This document shows positions 56,701 through 64,000 of a DNA stretch of 64,000 nt, piece after piece. The first letter of the stretch is position 1. Each line of letters opens with the position of its first letter. Below the pieces are notes generated by a model. That model ran no database searches. It saw only the letters and a program-made list of their open reading frames with translations, and was not told where the DNA came from. The stretch covers positions 1-64,000 of IMG/VR virus record IMGVR_UViG_3300048438_000153. One strand, 5' to 3'. The translations under genes and the position numbers were made by a program.

Positions 56701-57818
56701 GAAAGAAAGTTAGTCGCTCCCTCAACCCAAGACGCACCGTCCCAAGAATAAGCCCCACCCAACACAGGAAGATGACCCTTCACGGTGTCGGTAGTCGGCA
56801 CTCCGTCTCCAAAGTAGCAAGCGTTGACTTCTCTCAAGAGTCTTACTGACCCTAGAGATGTACCCTTGTTCGCTTGGAGCTCAGCGACGGCAACTCCTCC
56901 ACCGCTCAAGTCAGCTCTCTTCTTTCCTGTCTGCATCTCGTACAGATCAAACTGTCCTGTGAGCTTGCTAGGGAAAGTAAACTGATCGTCTCCTGAGATG
57001 AAAATCGGCTTGTCTGTCTCTTCAAGACCCATGCTCAGATTAACCGCACAGACTACTCGGCTCTTTATGTCAGCGACACTTGAGGCGGGTGAGAAAGAAA
57101 GATTAGTTGTGACTCCATCCTCCCACCTTAAGAGAGCTAGAGTTCCTCGATCAGAAGGAAAGAGAAGCCCCGACACGGTGAAACCCTCTTTCGCAGAAGA
57201 GAGCTCAGTGAGGTTCACGTCATCTCTAGGCACTACTCTAGTGTGCTGATGAACCCGACCTGTGTCTTTCTGCATACTACTTAAGAAAGAAGCACCCTCA
57301 CCTCCACCTAAGAGCGTGATCGGATTATCGAGAACATTGAACGTAGAGTCTGTTCTAGGGTCAGCGCCCGATCCGTCTCCTGATGGATTAGGCATGGTCA
57401 AGTGATAGCCGAAAGTATCTTGAGTGGGTAGTAAGAAATGGCTAGCAGTGTCGGCTACCGTGACCCCCTCAAAAGTGATGCTCGTCTTTCTTTCCCACAC
57501 GGGGCTGTCTGCTTGCTTGAGCATCCCCCAATCGGGCTCTCCTGAGTGGGTCGCAGAGAGAGAACCGAAAGAGTAAGTCTTATTCGTCTCTCCGAGTCTC
57601 GGAGGCTTGTTTTTCACCTGAGAAGCGAGGTCATCAAAGTGACTCTGCGCCTCATCACCGAGGTACGTCTCGAAAGGGTTCTCAGCAGAGATTTGAGAAG
57701 CATCATACGCATCTTGGTTCATCAAAATCTGAGTGGAGTTGTTGCCCCTCGCGTGGTCGTTGCACTTGCTCGATCCCGCGCCTACTCTAAGATCACTTGG
57801 GTCAGTTGTCTTTGGCAT
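53715..57818 (-). CDS. Large (1367 aa) probable baseplate/tail protein
   Basis: Long ORF in the baseplate operon with 2-nt spacing to the upstream gene. Confidence 0.7.
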   Translation of the reverse strand: MPKTTDPSDLRVGAGSSKCNDHARGNNSTQILMNQDAYDASQISAENPFETYLGDEAQSHFDDLASQVKNKPPRLGETNKTYSFGSLSATHSGEPDWGMLKQADSPVWERKTSITFEGVTVADTASHFLLPTQDTFGYHLTMPNPSGDGSGADPRTDSTFNVLDNPITLLGGGEGASFLSSMQKDTGRVHQHTRVVPRDDVNLTELSSAKEGFTVSGLLFPSDRGTLALLRWEDGVTTNLSFSPASSVADIKSRVVCAVNLSMGLEETDKPIFISGDDQFTFPSKLTGQFDLYEMQTGKKRADLSGGGVAVAELQANKGTSLGSVRLLREVNACYFGDGVPTTDTVKGHLPVLGGAYSWDGASWVEGATNFLSYRLPMLSTYEPSGLTTPTSERERFFSVVQPASTSTPFTTAGNYVTFGEDHYTFQVARFRHVVDYSLLDPSLSDTGRSKGSYALVHFKTEDAFENLVRDGIQPSEDELWSVNFLNALEAENVDNIAVDSDGFSETGVPQIEPSTASVSNSLVRPNVRVLTRSTDYWHHDTLSLQGFYPDFLGGVDPLLPSQGYFTVISGVKYLVPKGSVPLKYQNVVNQPEKRNRLAFYLKSLALLTITGDYEYPHYLEAEESASVRKFKEPFNIYEISIASLTGGDQVTAYTTDLSQLGVNTQHIMVTPDQSNTNLSTNIVSDTGKIDLLIYPEGDNGFCSFSEGALTGLYVKDPTYHYDGLATSKTVLPNQAGGDELSASRKLLYHSSRLYSLIESAPTKTAYVTFYYPAGYQQSDYYFSVFRYDQEGFRVYQTLTLTGSTEIEEANSSHPTVPYPIYRANSNSTNGASPEISGSFLAVESEKYYIEYGSELYAKRLTAPQPIFLVVISTEEEATANGQDLATWTLGGATTAQNTVTPNMTQWDRLSFGTDFGVSEFAVDSVGLVTHTGALTFNTFLPVAFDVNTFNLHEVYPTGSAPTYGNFLETDTGITAVHGIGKGQIDTIINLSAYDESVVPMRRKPHSSILTARKDTQERFLDESYRLDYRFTDITSENNLIGGGLPLGFNPISLSVRDDGATSDTGANAKHGSAGYLRNNYHWEWSAYSGSQGVEGNAQVRGLPIVADSVLSGGKYGQPRRGVLTRPLDNYLDTSFVPNASYSADWDNIYHLGAYTAGITSKYYGQPNYDIATPSAFVERDFSFVRVFDVSFSQSGAPESMVGTSRFKLRLVGLEFENFRYLGNVPVADDRGVEIYAKVPGLTTWMDVGRNDGEGPSKQHINQDGAGCLISHQEGVLKEEALYFTDLEIEVGGNASFFTNSEGECPVLVKVVFPYNTKGTDGSLFFGHSPSAMATNTPFRERRGLVGIDVLRMSNGKNFDEDEVVFL

Positions 57819-57820
57819 GA

Positions 57821-60800
57821 TTAAACTCCGCTAAGAAGAAGGTCTTGAGTCTTGTAAATACAAGCGACGGTACGACTCTCACTAGAGAACAAGACTTTGT
57901 TCTTTCTTGAGCTGTCGTTTGACTCATAAGGGAGGTGAGATAAACGAACGAGAACCACGAGTACGATCTCTCCATTTCTGAAGTGAATCTCGTTGTCCCC
58001 CGCGCTTGTGCTTTCAATCTTTGCTAGGAAAGGGAGCGCGTTCTTGTGGAGCACACTCTCGTCTAAAGACTGAGAATAAGCGTTAGGTAAGTAGCCTGAA
58101 GATACCTCCTTGTAGACTACCCTTCTCTCCGCGTCAAGGTCAGGGCTAGTGAGCGTGATGTTCCCTGTTGAGTCCATAGGGAGAACAGTAGAAAGAGCCA
58201 TCATTCCTGAGTTAAGAGAGATGTCTTCAAGAACCATCCTCGTTGACCCCATAAGATCGCTCTCGCCCGAGAAAGAAACGACACTAGGGTGGACTCCCAA
58301 CTGCACTGACGGCGCGGTGTAAGGGTAAGCGTCTTCAGAGGTTGATGACCCCGCCTGTATCGACCACAGCTTTTCTGAGACTTTGATCGGCTTGAGCGTC
58401 ACCTCATTAGGCACATTGAGAGGGGCGTTCTTCGCCCCAAAAGTCTGAGAAGACTTGGCTCGGTAGTAGACACCCACCTGATAGCCGTTGATACCACTGC
58501 TTGGCACTGCGCTTCTAGGGTATGTCTCGACAGTAACGAGGCGATGACCCGCGAAAGGCGCGTTCCATGAGAGATAAGAGTTGGTCGAACCCAACCCGCT
58601 AGAAAGAAGGTCTAGAGTCACAACCGCGTTGCCATTCGTGTTATCCGTCACAGTAGGCTCAAAAGATCCCGAGTCATCAACGTGCAACTTCCAAGGTAGT
58701 CTTAGTGCGGTAGAAAGGCTCGTCACGAAAGTATCCGTAATCGGGTTCACGACTCTTTCTAGCGCGACTTCGCGCACTCCCTCACGAAAGAAAATCAGGG
58801 GAGGTTGCGCCTCTGAGTCTGAAGCTCTTTGAGTAGAGTCATGCTCGACCACTGATCCTGTCGGAAAAACCTCTACGTCAGGGGAAAGAGAAGATCCTGA
58901 TGGAGTGGCTGACAGACCCTCTTGAGCGGGGTACTCTACGAGCAAAGTAAGAAAGACTCTCCGAGGAGAGCCGACTTCACCCACTGTAGGGTTTCCTACC
59001 ATCTTGTAGGAGGCGATATTCTGACCGCCTGTCACATCGGTGAGGTTTCTCCCCATTGTCAACGTGATAGAGGTTGTCCCTAGCCCCTCGACCTTAGAGA
59101 AATAAGTGCTCTGATTCACAATCGAGTTGTAATCTCCATCATCGTGCCAACACTCATTCTCAAGTACGTCAATGACCTTCGTTCCTGTAGGAAAGAGATC
59201 ATTAAGGTCGAGGTCTTGACCTGCTAACAGCACGTCCTCCCAATACCTAAAAGCGGAAGAGGAGTCGAGCTGTGAGATGTCTACTGTGACCTCATCTCCC
59301 TCATACCATTTCGTGCCTGTTCCTGAGACAACCACAGCGCCGTCATGGTTGTTCGTGCCATCAGGAAACACCTCTAAGACTAAGCGAGCTAAGTGAGGGG
59401 CGTCAGAGAACCTTGTAGCCACATGATCGAAGTTACGGATGAAGCTCCCTCTACCTGTGAGACTACCCTGACCTGGAGTGGGTGCGAACTGAGAGCGCCC
59501 AATCTCGTCGCATACGAGAGGAAGGACGCTTTGCTCACCACTACCATTAGCGAGATCCCTAAAGTCTGAAGAGTCCATGAACCACGTCTGTAAGGCGTTA
59601 TCGAGGAGTGTTCCGAACTGACGGTCGAGCTCCGCGCTGTAGTCTACACCTCTAGGAAACACTTTCTTTCTGAGATCGAGAACATCCGAGCTCGCGACCT
59701 GATCTGCAAAGAGCCCATCAGGTCGATCAGACTTACCCACAGGAATAGAAATAGCACCGCCTGTGTCAAGTGAAGTGTTCGTGGTGAGCGCGTGATCATA
59801 GAGTAGCCCATTGTTAGCCTGATTCTCAGGGTTGAACTCCCCCTCATTTCTCCTGAACACGAAACAGATAGGAATCGCGTACACATACCCATCTACAGTA
59901 TTAAGATCTGTTGCTGAGTTCTGTGTTCCGTCTCCCGCATAGTAAAGACCTGTGTCTTGGAAAGGGAAAGATCCGTCTGTAGCTCTTGAGAAAGAGTATC
60001 CGCCTTGAGGAGACAAGCTCCCTCCTCTCGCGAGGATGTCCGAGTTACTGAAGCCGTCAGGCTGTACTTTCGGATTGACTCCGATGCCTGTCCCTAACGT
60101 GAAGTTGTAGTCCTCAGAATAAACTCTGAACCTGTACTGCATCTGAACGCGCCGAGTCGTCTCCGCATTGAGTGTAGGGTCAGTGATGTCATCTGTGAGA
60201 TGAGAGCTCGCGTCAGACTCCGTGTTTCCCACATAGTAAATCTTATTGGGGGAGGGGATGCCTTCTCCGTTTGACCCACCTGTAGGATTGGAGACAGAGA
60301 TCGCAGAGGGGTCTGCCACTATTGTGGTGCTGAGAATAATGTTGTTCCCATCAACACCGCTGTCGAAAGTAAGAAAGACAAACCCTGTGCCTCTTGTCGT
60401 TGCGGTGACAGAAACTCCGCCAAGATCAACAGGAGCGAGCGCGTTGATCGCGTCTCTGATATTTCTCGCTGTCTCTGCTTCCGTAACTCCGATAGAAAAG
60501 TCCACGTCAGCGGTCAGCACAACAGCAGACGGAGCGCCTACAGGAGTCCCATCTAAAGTCACAATATCATTGGGTGCGAGGGATGCGTTGCTGTTTACTC
60601 TGAAGTATCCTGAAGCGTTCGTCGCGGGATTAACGAGCGCCCTCCACACCTCCAAGAAAACGAAATCGGTTCTCTTGATGTCGGGTGCTGTACCTGTGGG
60701 CGTCGAGGGGGCGCTCAGATTAATGTAGTTGAACCCTGTGCCTCCGCCATCGTTAGTCGCTGAGACGTACACCTCTTGACCGCCAATGTTGACGTGAAAG

Positions 60801-61054
60801 GGCTCAATGACGAGTTGATTAGCCTCGAAGCTTGGGTCTGTGGGGGCATAGAAAACAAAGCCCCCCTCACTCCCTGTAGGGTACTCAGAAATAACACCAC
60901 TTGGGAGGTTCTTCGCTTGTCTCTGACCCTGTATACTCTGAGCTAAGTTCAGCTCACTATCAAGGATTGATTTACCTGTCTGATAGACGACAGAAACCCA
61001 TGATCGAGAGGTCGGATCAAGGTGTCGTGATACTGTAGAAATATAGTCAGCCAT
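57821..61054 (-). CDS. Baseplate/tail protein, DUF6519/DUF4815-like (1077 aa); paralog of 34946-40300
   Basis: VVYQTGKSILDSELN, VFLEVWR, DPTLNAETTRRVQMQYRFRV and DGYVYAIPICFVFRRN motifs. Confidence 0.75.
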   Translation of the reverse strand: MADYISTVSRHLDPTSRSWVSVVYQTGKSILDSELNLAQSIQGQRQAKNLPSGVISEYPTGSEGGFVFYAPTDPSFEANQLVIEPFHVNIGGQEVYVSATNDGGGTGFNYINLSAPSTPTGTAPDIKRTDFVFLEVWRALVNPATNASGYFRVNSNASLAPNDIVTLDGTPVGAPSAVVLTADVDFSIGVTEAETARNIRDAINALAPVDLGGVSVTATTRGTGFVFLTFDSGVDGNNIILSTTIVADPSAISVSNPTGGSNGEGIPSPNKIYYVGNTESDASSHLTDDITDPTLNAETTRRVQMQYRFRVYSEDYNFTLGTGIGVNPKVQPDGFSNSDILARGGSLSPQGGYSFSRATDGSFPFQDTGLYYAGDGTQNSATDLNTVDGYVYAIPICFVFRRNEGEFNPENQANNGLLYDHALTTNTSLDTGGAISIPVGKSDRPDGLFADQVASSDVLDLRKKVFPRGVDYSAELDRQFGTLLDNALQTWFMDSSDFRDLANGSGEQSVLPLVCDEIGRSQFAPTPGQGSLTGRGSFIRNFDHVATRFSDAPHLARLVLEVFPDGTNNHDGAVVVSGTGTKWYEGDEVTVDISQLDSSSAFRYWEDVLLAGQDLDLNDLFPTGTKVIDVLENECWHDDGDYNSIVNQSTYFSKVEGLGTTSITLTMGRNLTDVTGGQNIASYKMVGNPTVGEVGSPRRVFLTLLVEYPAQEGLSATPSGSSLSPDVEVFPTGSVVEHDSTQRASDSEAQPPLIFFREGVREVALERVVNPITDTFVTSLSTALRLPWKLHVDDSGSFEPTVTDNTNGNAVVTLDLLSSGLGSTNSYLSWNAPFAGHRLVTVETYPRSAVPSSGINGYQVGVYYRAKSSQTFGAKNAPLNVPNEVTLKPIKVSEKLWSIQAGSSTSEDAYPYTAPSVQLGVHPSVVSFSGESDLMGSTRMVLEDISLNSGMMALSTVLPMDSTGNITLTSPDLDAERRVVYKEVSSGYLPNAYSQSLDESVLHKNALPFLAKIESTSAGDNEIHFRNGEIVLVVLVRLSHLPYESNDSSRKNKVLFSSESRTVACIYKTQDLLLSGV

Positions 61055-61066
61055 GACTCACCTTTC

Positions 61067-61702
61067 TTAAAAAGTAAGTCTCCAAGTAAGCGCGAGAACG
61101 CTACCTGCTAACTTATGGATTACAGGGAAAGTAATATAGTTGACGAGAACGTCATTTGTAGAGAGGTCAACTGCATTAGCGCCCTCTCTATCTGAGTTAT
61201 TCGCGACAGGGCTTGTGACTGAGGGATTGGCGTTCACGGTAGAAAGCAGACCCATCTCAGTAAGACTTGCCCCCGAAGCCTCTGTCTCAGTGAACACAGT
61301 GGTCAGGTCGATCACGTTTGTAGGGTAAGAGACTTCCTCGCCCACGCTGTTCCTGTAGACGATAGAAGAGAAAGGCTTTCTGATCAGCTCATTGTTCAGA
61401 CTTCTCTGTGTGTTCACGGCTATGTCAGGGTTCGTGATGTCTCCTGAAGCCCCATTTCCGAGCGCGAGCATACTTAAACCGCCCACGCCTACCTGACCAC
61501 TAAAGAGCATGGATGCTAAGATGCCTCCATCAAGAGTGTAGACGTTCCTCTTGTCGATCACGACCTCTTCGCGCCCATCAGGATGAAGGATACGCCCAAA
61601 GACATCTCCTCTGATCTTGTAGGTAGTCTCCTTCAGAGCGAGACTTGCGCCGATCCCAACGACTCTTGGGGGTGTTACTTTCTCATTAATCTTACTCATC
61701 AT
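61067..61702 (-). CDS. Baseplate wedge / tail-collar-fibre-like protein
   Basis: MLALGNG...LNNELIRKP...TTVFTETEA...LTEMGL...ITFPVIHK...LTWRLTF is a pattern common in myovirus baseplate-fibre connector proteins; AGGAGG SD. Confidence 0.7.
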   Translation of the reverse strand: MMSKINEKVTPPRVVGIGASLALKETTYKIRGDVFGRILHPDGREEVVIDKRNVYTLDGGILASMLFSGQVGVGGLSMLALGNGASGDITNPDIAVNTQRSLNNELIRKPFSSIVYRNSVGEEVSYPTNVIDLTTVFTETEASGASLTEMGLLSTVNANPSVTSPVANNSDREGANAVDLSTNDVLVNYITFPVIHKLAGSVLALTWRLTF

Positions 61703-61759
61703 TTCCTCCTGTCGGGGTGATAACTTCTCTGACTCATAAATTATAGACCGTCTACCACG

Positions 61760-64000
61760 CTACAATACCGTTAATGTGATCACATAATCCCTAATCACAT
61801 TCGGGCTCTGATTAAGCCGAGTCGAGTCTCCAACCAAGCTCGTAGACTGATTCAAGACTAAGTTAGGTGCATACAGACTGCCCTCGTCCACAAGAACAGG
61901 CATTGGCGCTTTGAAGCCTGAGTAATCAACGTCTGTGAGATCATCGTCATAGAAGACTTCTTCGCCTGACCTTCCTGAAGAAGACTCTTCTTTCCTATGA
62001 TAGAAAGTTCTTTCTGTGTCGCCTACATGACCCCCTGTTAAGAGTCTTCTCCCTTGAGGGTTGCTCATGAGAGCTTCTACAGAGGGCGTCTCTATACTCA
62101 GTTTAGGGTCGAAGTTATAGGTCTTAGGCTCAATGAAAGGCACTTGTCCTTCACTCAGAGTTTCCCCACCTCTGTTCCAATCTTGGTTGGCTGTCAGAGG
62201 ACGGTTTGAGATCGCCTCTAAGCGCACCATTTCTCCATCAAGACCGTCTATGTATAAGACACCGCTATCGACTCTGTAATCAGCGATCTCGGAGCTGTCT
62301 GACAAGAGCGTGAGGGTGATGATGTAGCTAGGGATGAAACCGAAGGCGTGGAGTGGTACTGAACCATTGATGACCTTTGCGTTCCCTCTCGCTAAGTCTG
62401 ATATTCTTTCTTTCTCAATCCCTTGAAAGAGATCCGATTGATTGAGCTTCAGCGCGCCCAAAATCAAGTTCGCGTTGTTAAGCCCGTGAGTCCTCTTCAC
62501 AGAGGTTTTGACGCTAAAAAGCTCTTTCGTGAGCGGTGTCTCAGGAGATGCCGGAAATAAGCCTAGAGCGGGTAGGCTCGAAGTGCCTAATACCCTTAGA
62601 CTTTTCTCCTGATATAAGCCCCGGTTCGCGTCTGAATCAGGTGTCGTGACTCGCCTTCCGTTGTTGAGTACAAAAGAAGGGCTGTTGAGGTCTGTGTACG
62701 AGAACACATCACCTTCTCCATAGGGAACTCTGAAAGAAAGAACTGTACCTTCGGCCTCAAGTGTTGAAAGGGTCAGTCTATTAGTGATCGCGTCGTAACT
62801 CTCAATAACGAGCCCATCTATGCTCGTAAGGTCACTCGCGATGATAGGCATCCCCTTGAATGTCTTTCTCAGGGGGAGACTCAGCTCAACAGTGGTCTGT
62901 GTGTCAGTAGGGTCATTCTGAACTGTGACTTGAGTTGATCTGTACCTTAAAGGTGCGCTCTTCCAAGAGTAGTCTCGGAAAGTAACCTCTGAAAAGCCGT
63001 CTGTGGTAGCGATGTTGTCTGAGATGACCTCAAGCGCCCTAACATAGAAAGTGTTTCTCGCGCGCACCTCGATGAAGAAAGCAGACCCATCTAACAGAAG
63101 AAGCTCTCCCTCCCCTAAGAAAGAGAGGAGGCTGTTCCCTAAGTCGTTCGTAAAGTACCCATTGGTAATCGAGCTTGTTCCTGACTGAGACAGACGTGGT
63201 GCTTCCCAAGAATAAACTCCATCTTCAGGTCTAATCTCCTCTATAGAGACAGCGCGCCTGACTTGATGCTTGACTCCAACTCCGATTGCTCCTGTGTAGC
63301 CCACAGCTCTCGTTAGAAGACCTCCCGATTCCTCCACAAGACTCTTAAAGACTCGGATGCTTTTCCCTACTCCATACCCATAGACCACGCTCTCATAAGT
63401 ACCAGCTCTTGCTTTCCTCATGTTCTGTTGGAAAGAAGAGGCGTAAGTGAGACACAAGGGGCTCAAATCTCCCCACTCGACAAGACCATCTTCTGAAGAA
63501 ACCTCGTCATACTCGGGGGTAGCCTCAGTCGGATTATTTCTCAGGAAAGTAACCGTCTTGAACGAGGGGTGCGTGATGCTCTCACCTAGTAGAGAACTCA
63601 CCTCTCCTATCTTGACGTGGGCGGGCTTAGTGACGTTTAAGAGTTTTCTGATGTTCGCTTGGAGCTCAAGCACTTGCTGAGGTAGTCCGAAGTCTATTTC
63701 GTGTGTGTGCTCCGCGCCCTCTGAGTTAGTGTAGGGTTGAACCTCTCCGTTGATGACATCATGTTGGTGGAGATCATCTCCCCAAGAGTAGCCGATAGGA
63801 GAAAGGGTTGACCCGAGCCCCTGATCAGGAGCGAATACGAAGTGTCTATGCCCATCAGCCACCTTTGTGTAACTTAAGATAGACGTAAGGACGCTTATCA
63901 GGTGATTGTCAACCTGAGTGATCTCGACCCTAGAGCCACCCGAAGAGGTTGAGAGCAAGTCGAGGATCGCGCTCTCTTTCGACCCCTCAATCAACGCCAC
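61760..64000 (-). CDS. Baseplate wedge-like protein, 5'-truncated by the window edge
   Basis: LLNVTKPAHVKI (KPAH motif of P2 gpI-like baseplate proteins) and an HxH cluster; the ORF is open at position 64000. Confidence 0.65.
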   Translation of the reverse strand: MALIEGSKESAILDLLSTSSGGSRVEITQVDNHLISVLTSILSYTKVADGHRHFVFAPDQGLGSTLSPIGYSWGDDLHQHDVINGEVQPYTNSEGAEHTHEIDFGLPQQVLELQANIRKLLNVTKPAHVKIGEVSSLLGESITHPSFKTVTFLRNNPTEATPEYDEVSSEDGLVEWGDLSPLCLTYASSFQQNMRKARAGTYESVVYGYGVGKSIRVFKSLVEESGGLLTRAVGYTGAIGVGVKHQVRRAVSIEEIRPEDGVYSWEAPRLSQSGTSSITNGYFTNDLGNSLLSFLGEGELLLLDGSAFFIEVRARNTFYVRALEVISDNIATTDGFSEVTFRDYSWKSAPLRYRSTQVTVQNDPTDTQTTVELSLPLRKTFKGMPIIASDLTSIDGLVIESYDAITNRLTLSTLEAEGTVLSFRVPYGEGDVFSYTDLNSPSFVLNNGRRVTTPDSDANRGLYQEKSLRVLGTSSLPALGLFPASPETPLTKELFSVKTSVKRTHGLNNANLILGALKLNQSDLFQGIEKERISDLARGNAKVINGSVPLHAFGFIPSYIITLTLLSDSSEIADYRVDSGVLYIDGLDGEMVRLEAISNRPLTANQDWNRGGETLSEGQVPFIEPKTYNFDPKLSIETPSVEALMSNPQGRRLLTGGHVGDTERTFYHRKEESSSGRSGEEVFYDDDLTDVDYSGFKAPMPVLVDEGSLYAPNLVLNQSTSLVGDSTRLNQSPNVIRDYVITLTVL

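Noticed and set aside
34946-61054. Diversity-generating retroelement acting on tail proteins
   Set aside because: There is no reverse transcriptase in the window and I saw no near-identical template/variable repeat pair differing at adenines. The two paralogs diverge throughout.
25595-61757. Possible late-promoter motif GGTAG-N(2-5)-(T/C)TAT upstream of several genes (25595-25612 minus, 27200 plus, 61735-61757 minus)
   Set aside because: There are too few and too degenerate instances to separate from chance without a genome-wide motif search.
9780-64000. Apparent over-representation of TCTTTCT/AGAAAGA
   Set aside because: It occurs on both coding and template strands and is plausibly explained by TCT/TTC/AGA/GAA codon preference. 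It cannot be called a signal without a codon-controlled k-mer test.

Overview
This window is a 64-kb segment of a large (jumbo-type) tailed bacteriophage genome. Genes are densely packed with Shine-Dalgarno sites and ATGA/TGATG overlaps, use the standard genetic code, and there is no integrase, rRNA or host housekeeping gene. Layout: (1) 1-8.9 kb holds a lytic transglycosylase and a minus-strand array of small accessory genes separated by a conserved ~47-bp repeat. (2) At ~9.1 kb there is a sharp G/C-skew and strand switch, followed by a plus-strand block with a 2884-aa probable virion protein. (3) 22-34.9 kb is an accessory region with GNAT-like, zincin, SLOG/DprA-like, Myb-repeat and myxobacterial-type ribbon-helix-helix proteins, several proteins sharing an N-terminal 'MR(R/K)(T/S)ASE..RI.RLE' leader, and an RNA cluster (tRNA-Arg CCU, tRNA-Arg UCU, a tRNA mimic with a 10-nt anticodon loop, and candidate structured ncRNAs). 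(4) 34.9-64 kb is a minus-strand baseplate/tail operon with very large proteins (about 1786, 4204, 1367, 1077 and >746 aa). The best candidates for undescribed biology are the shared leader tag on unrelated cargo domains, the stop-codon-supplying intergenic repeat, and the tRNA-mimic/ncRNA cluster. All family assignments come from recalled motifs; no database searches were run.
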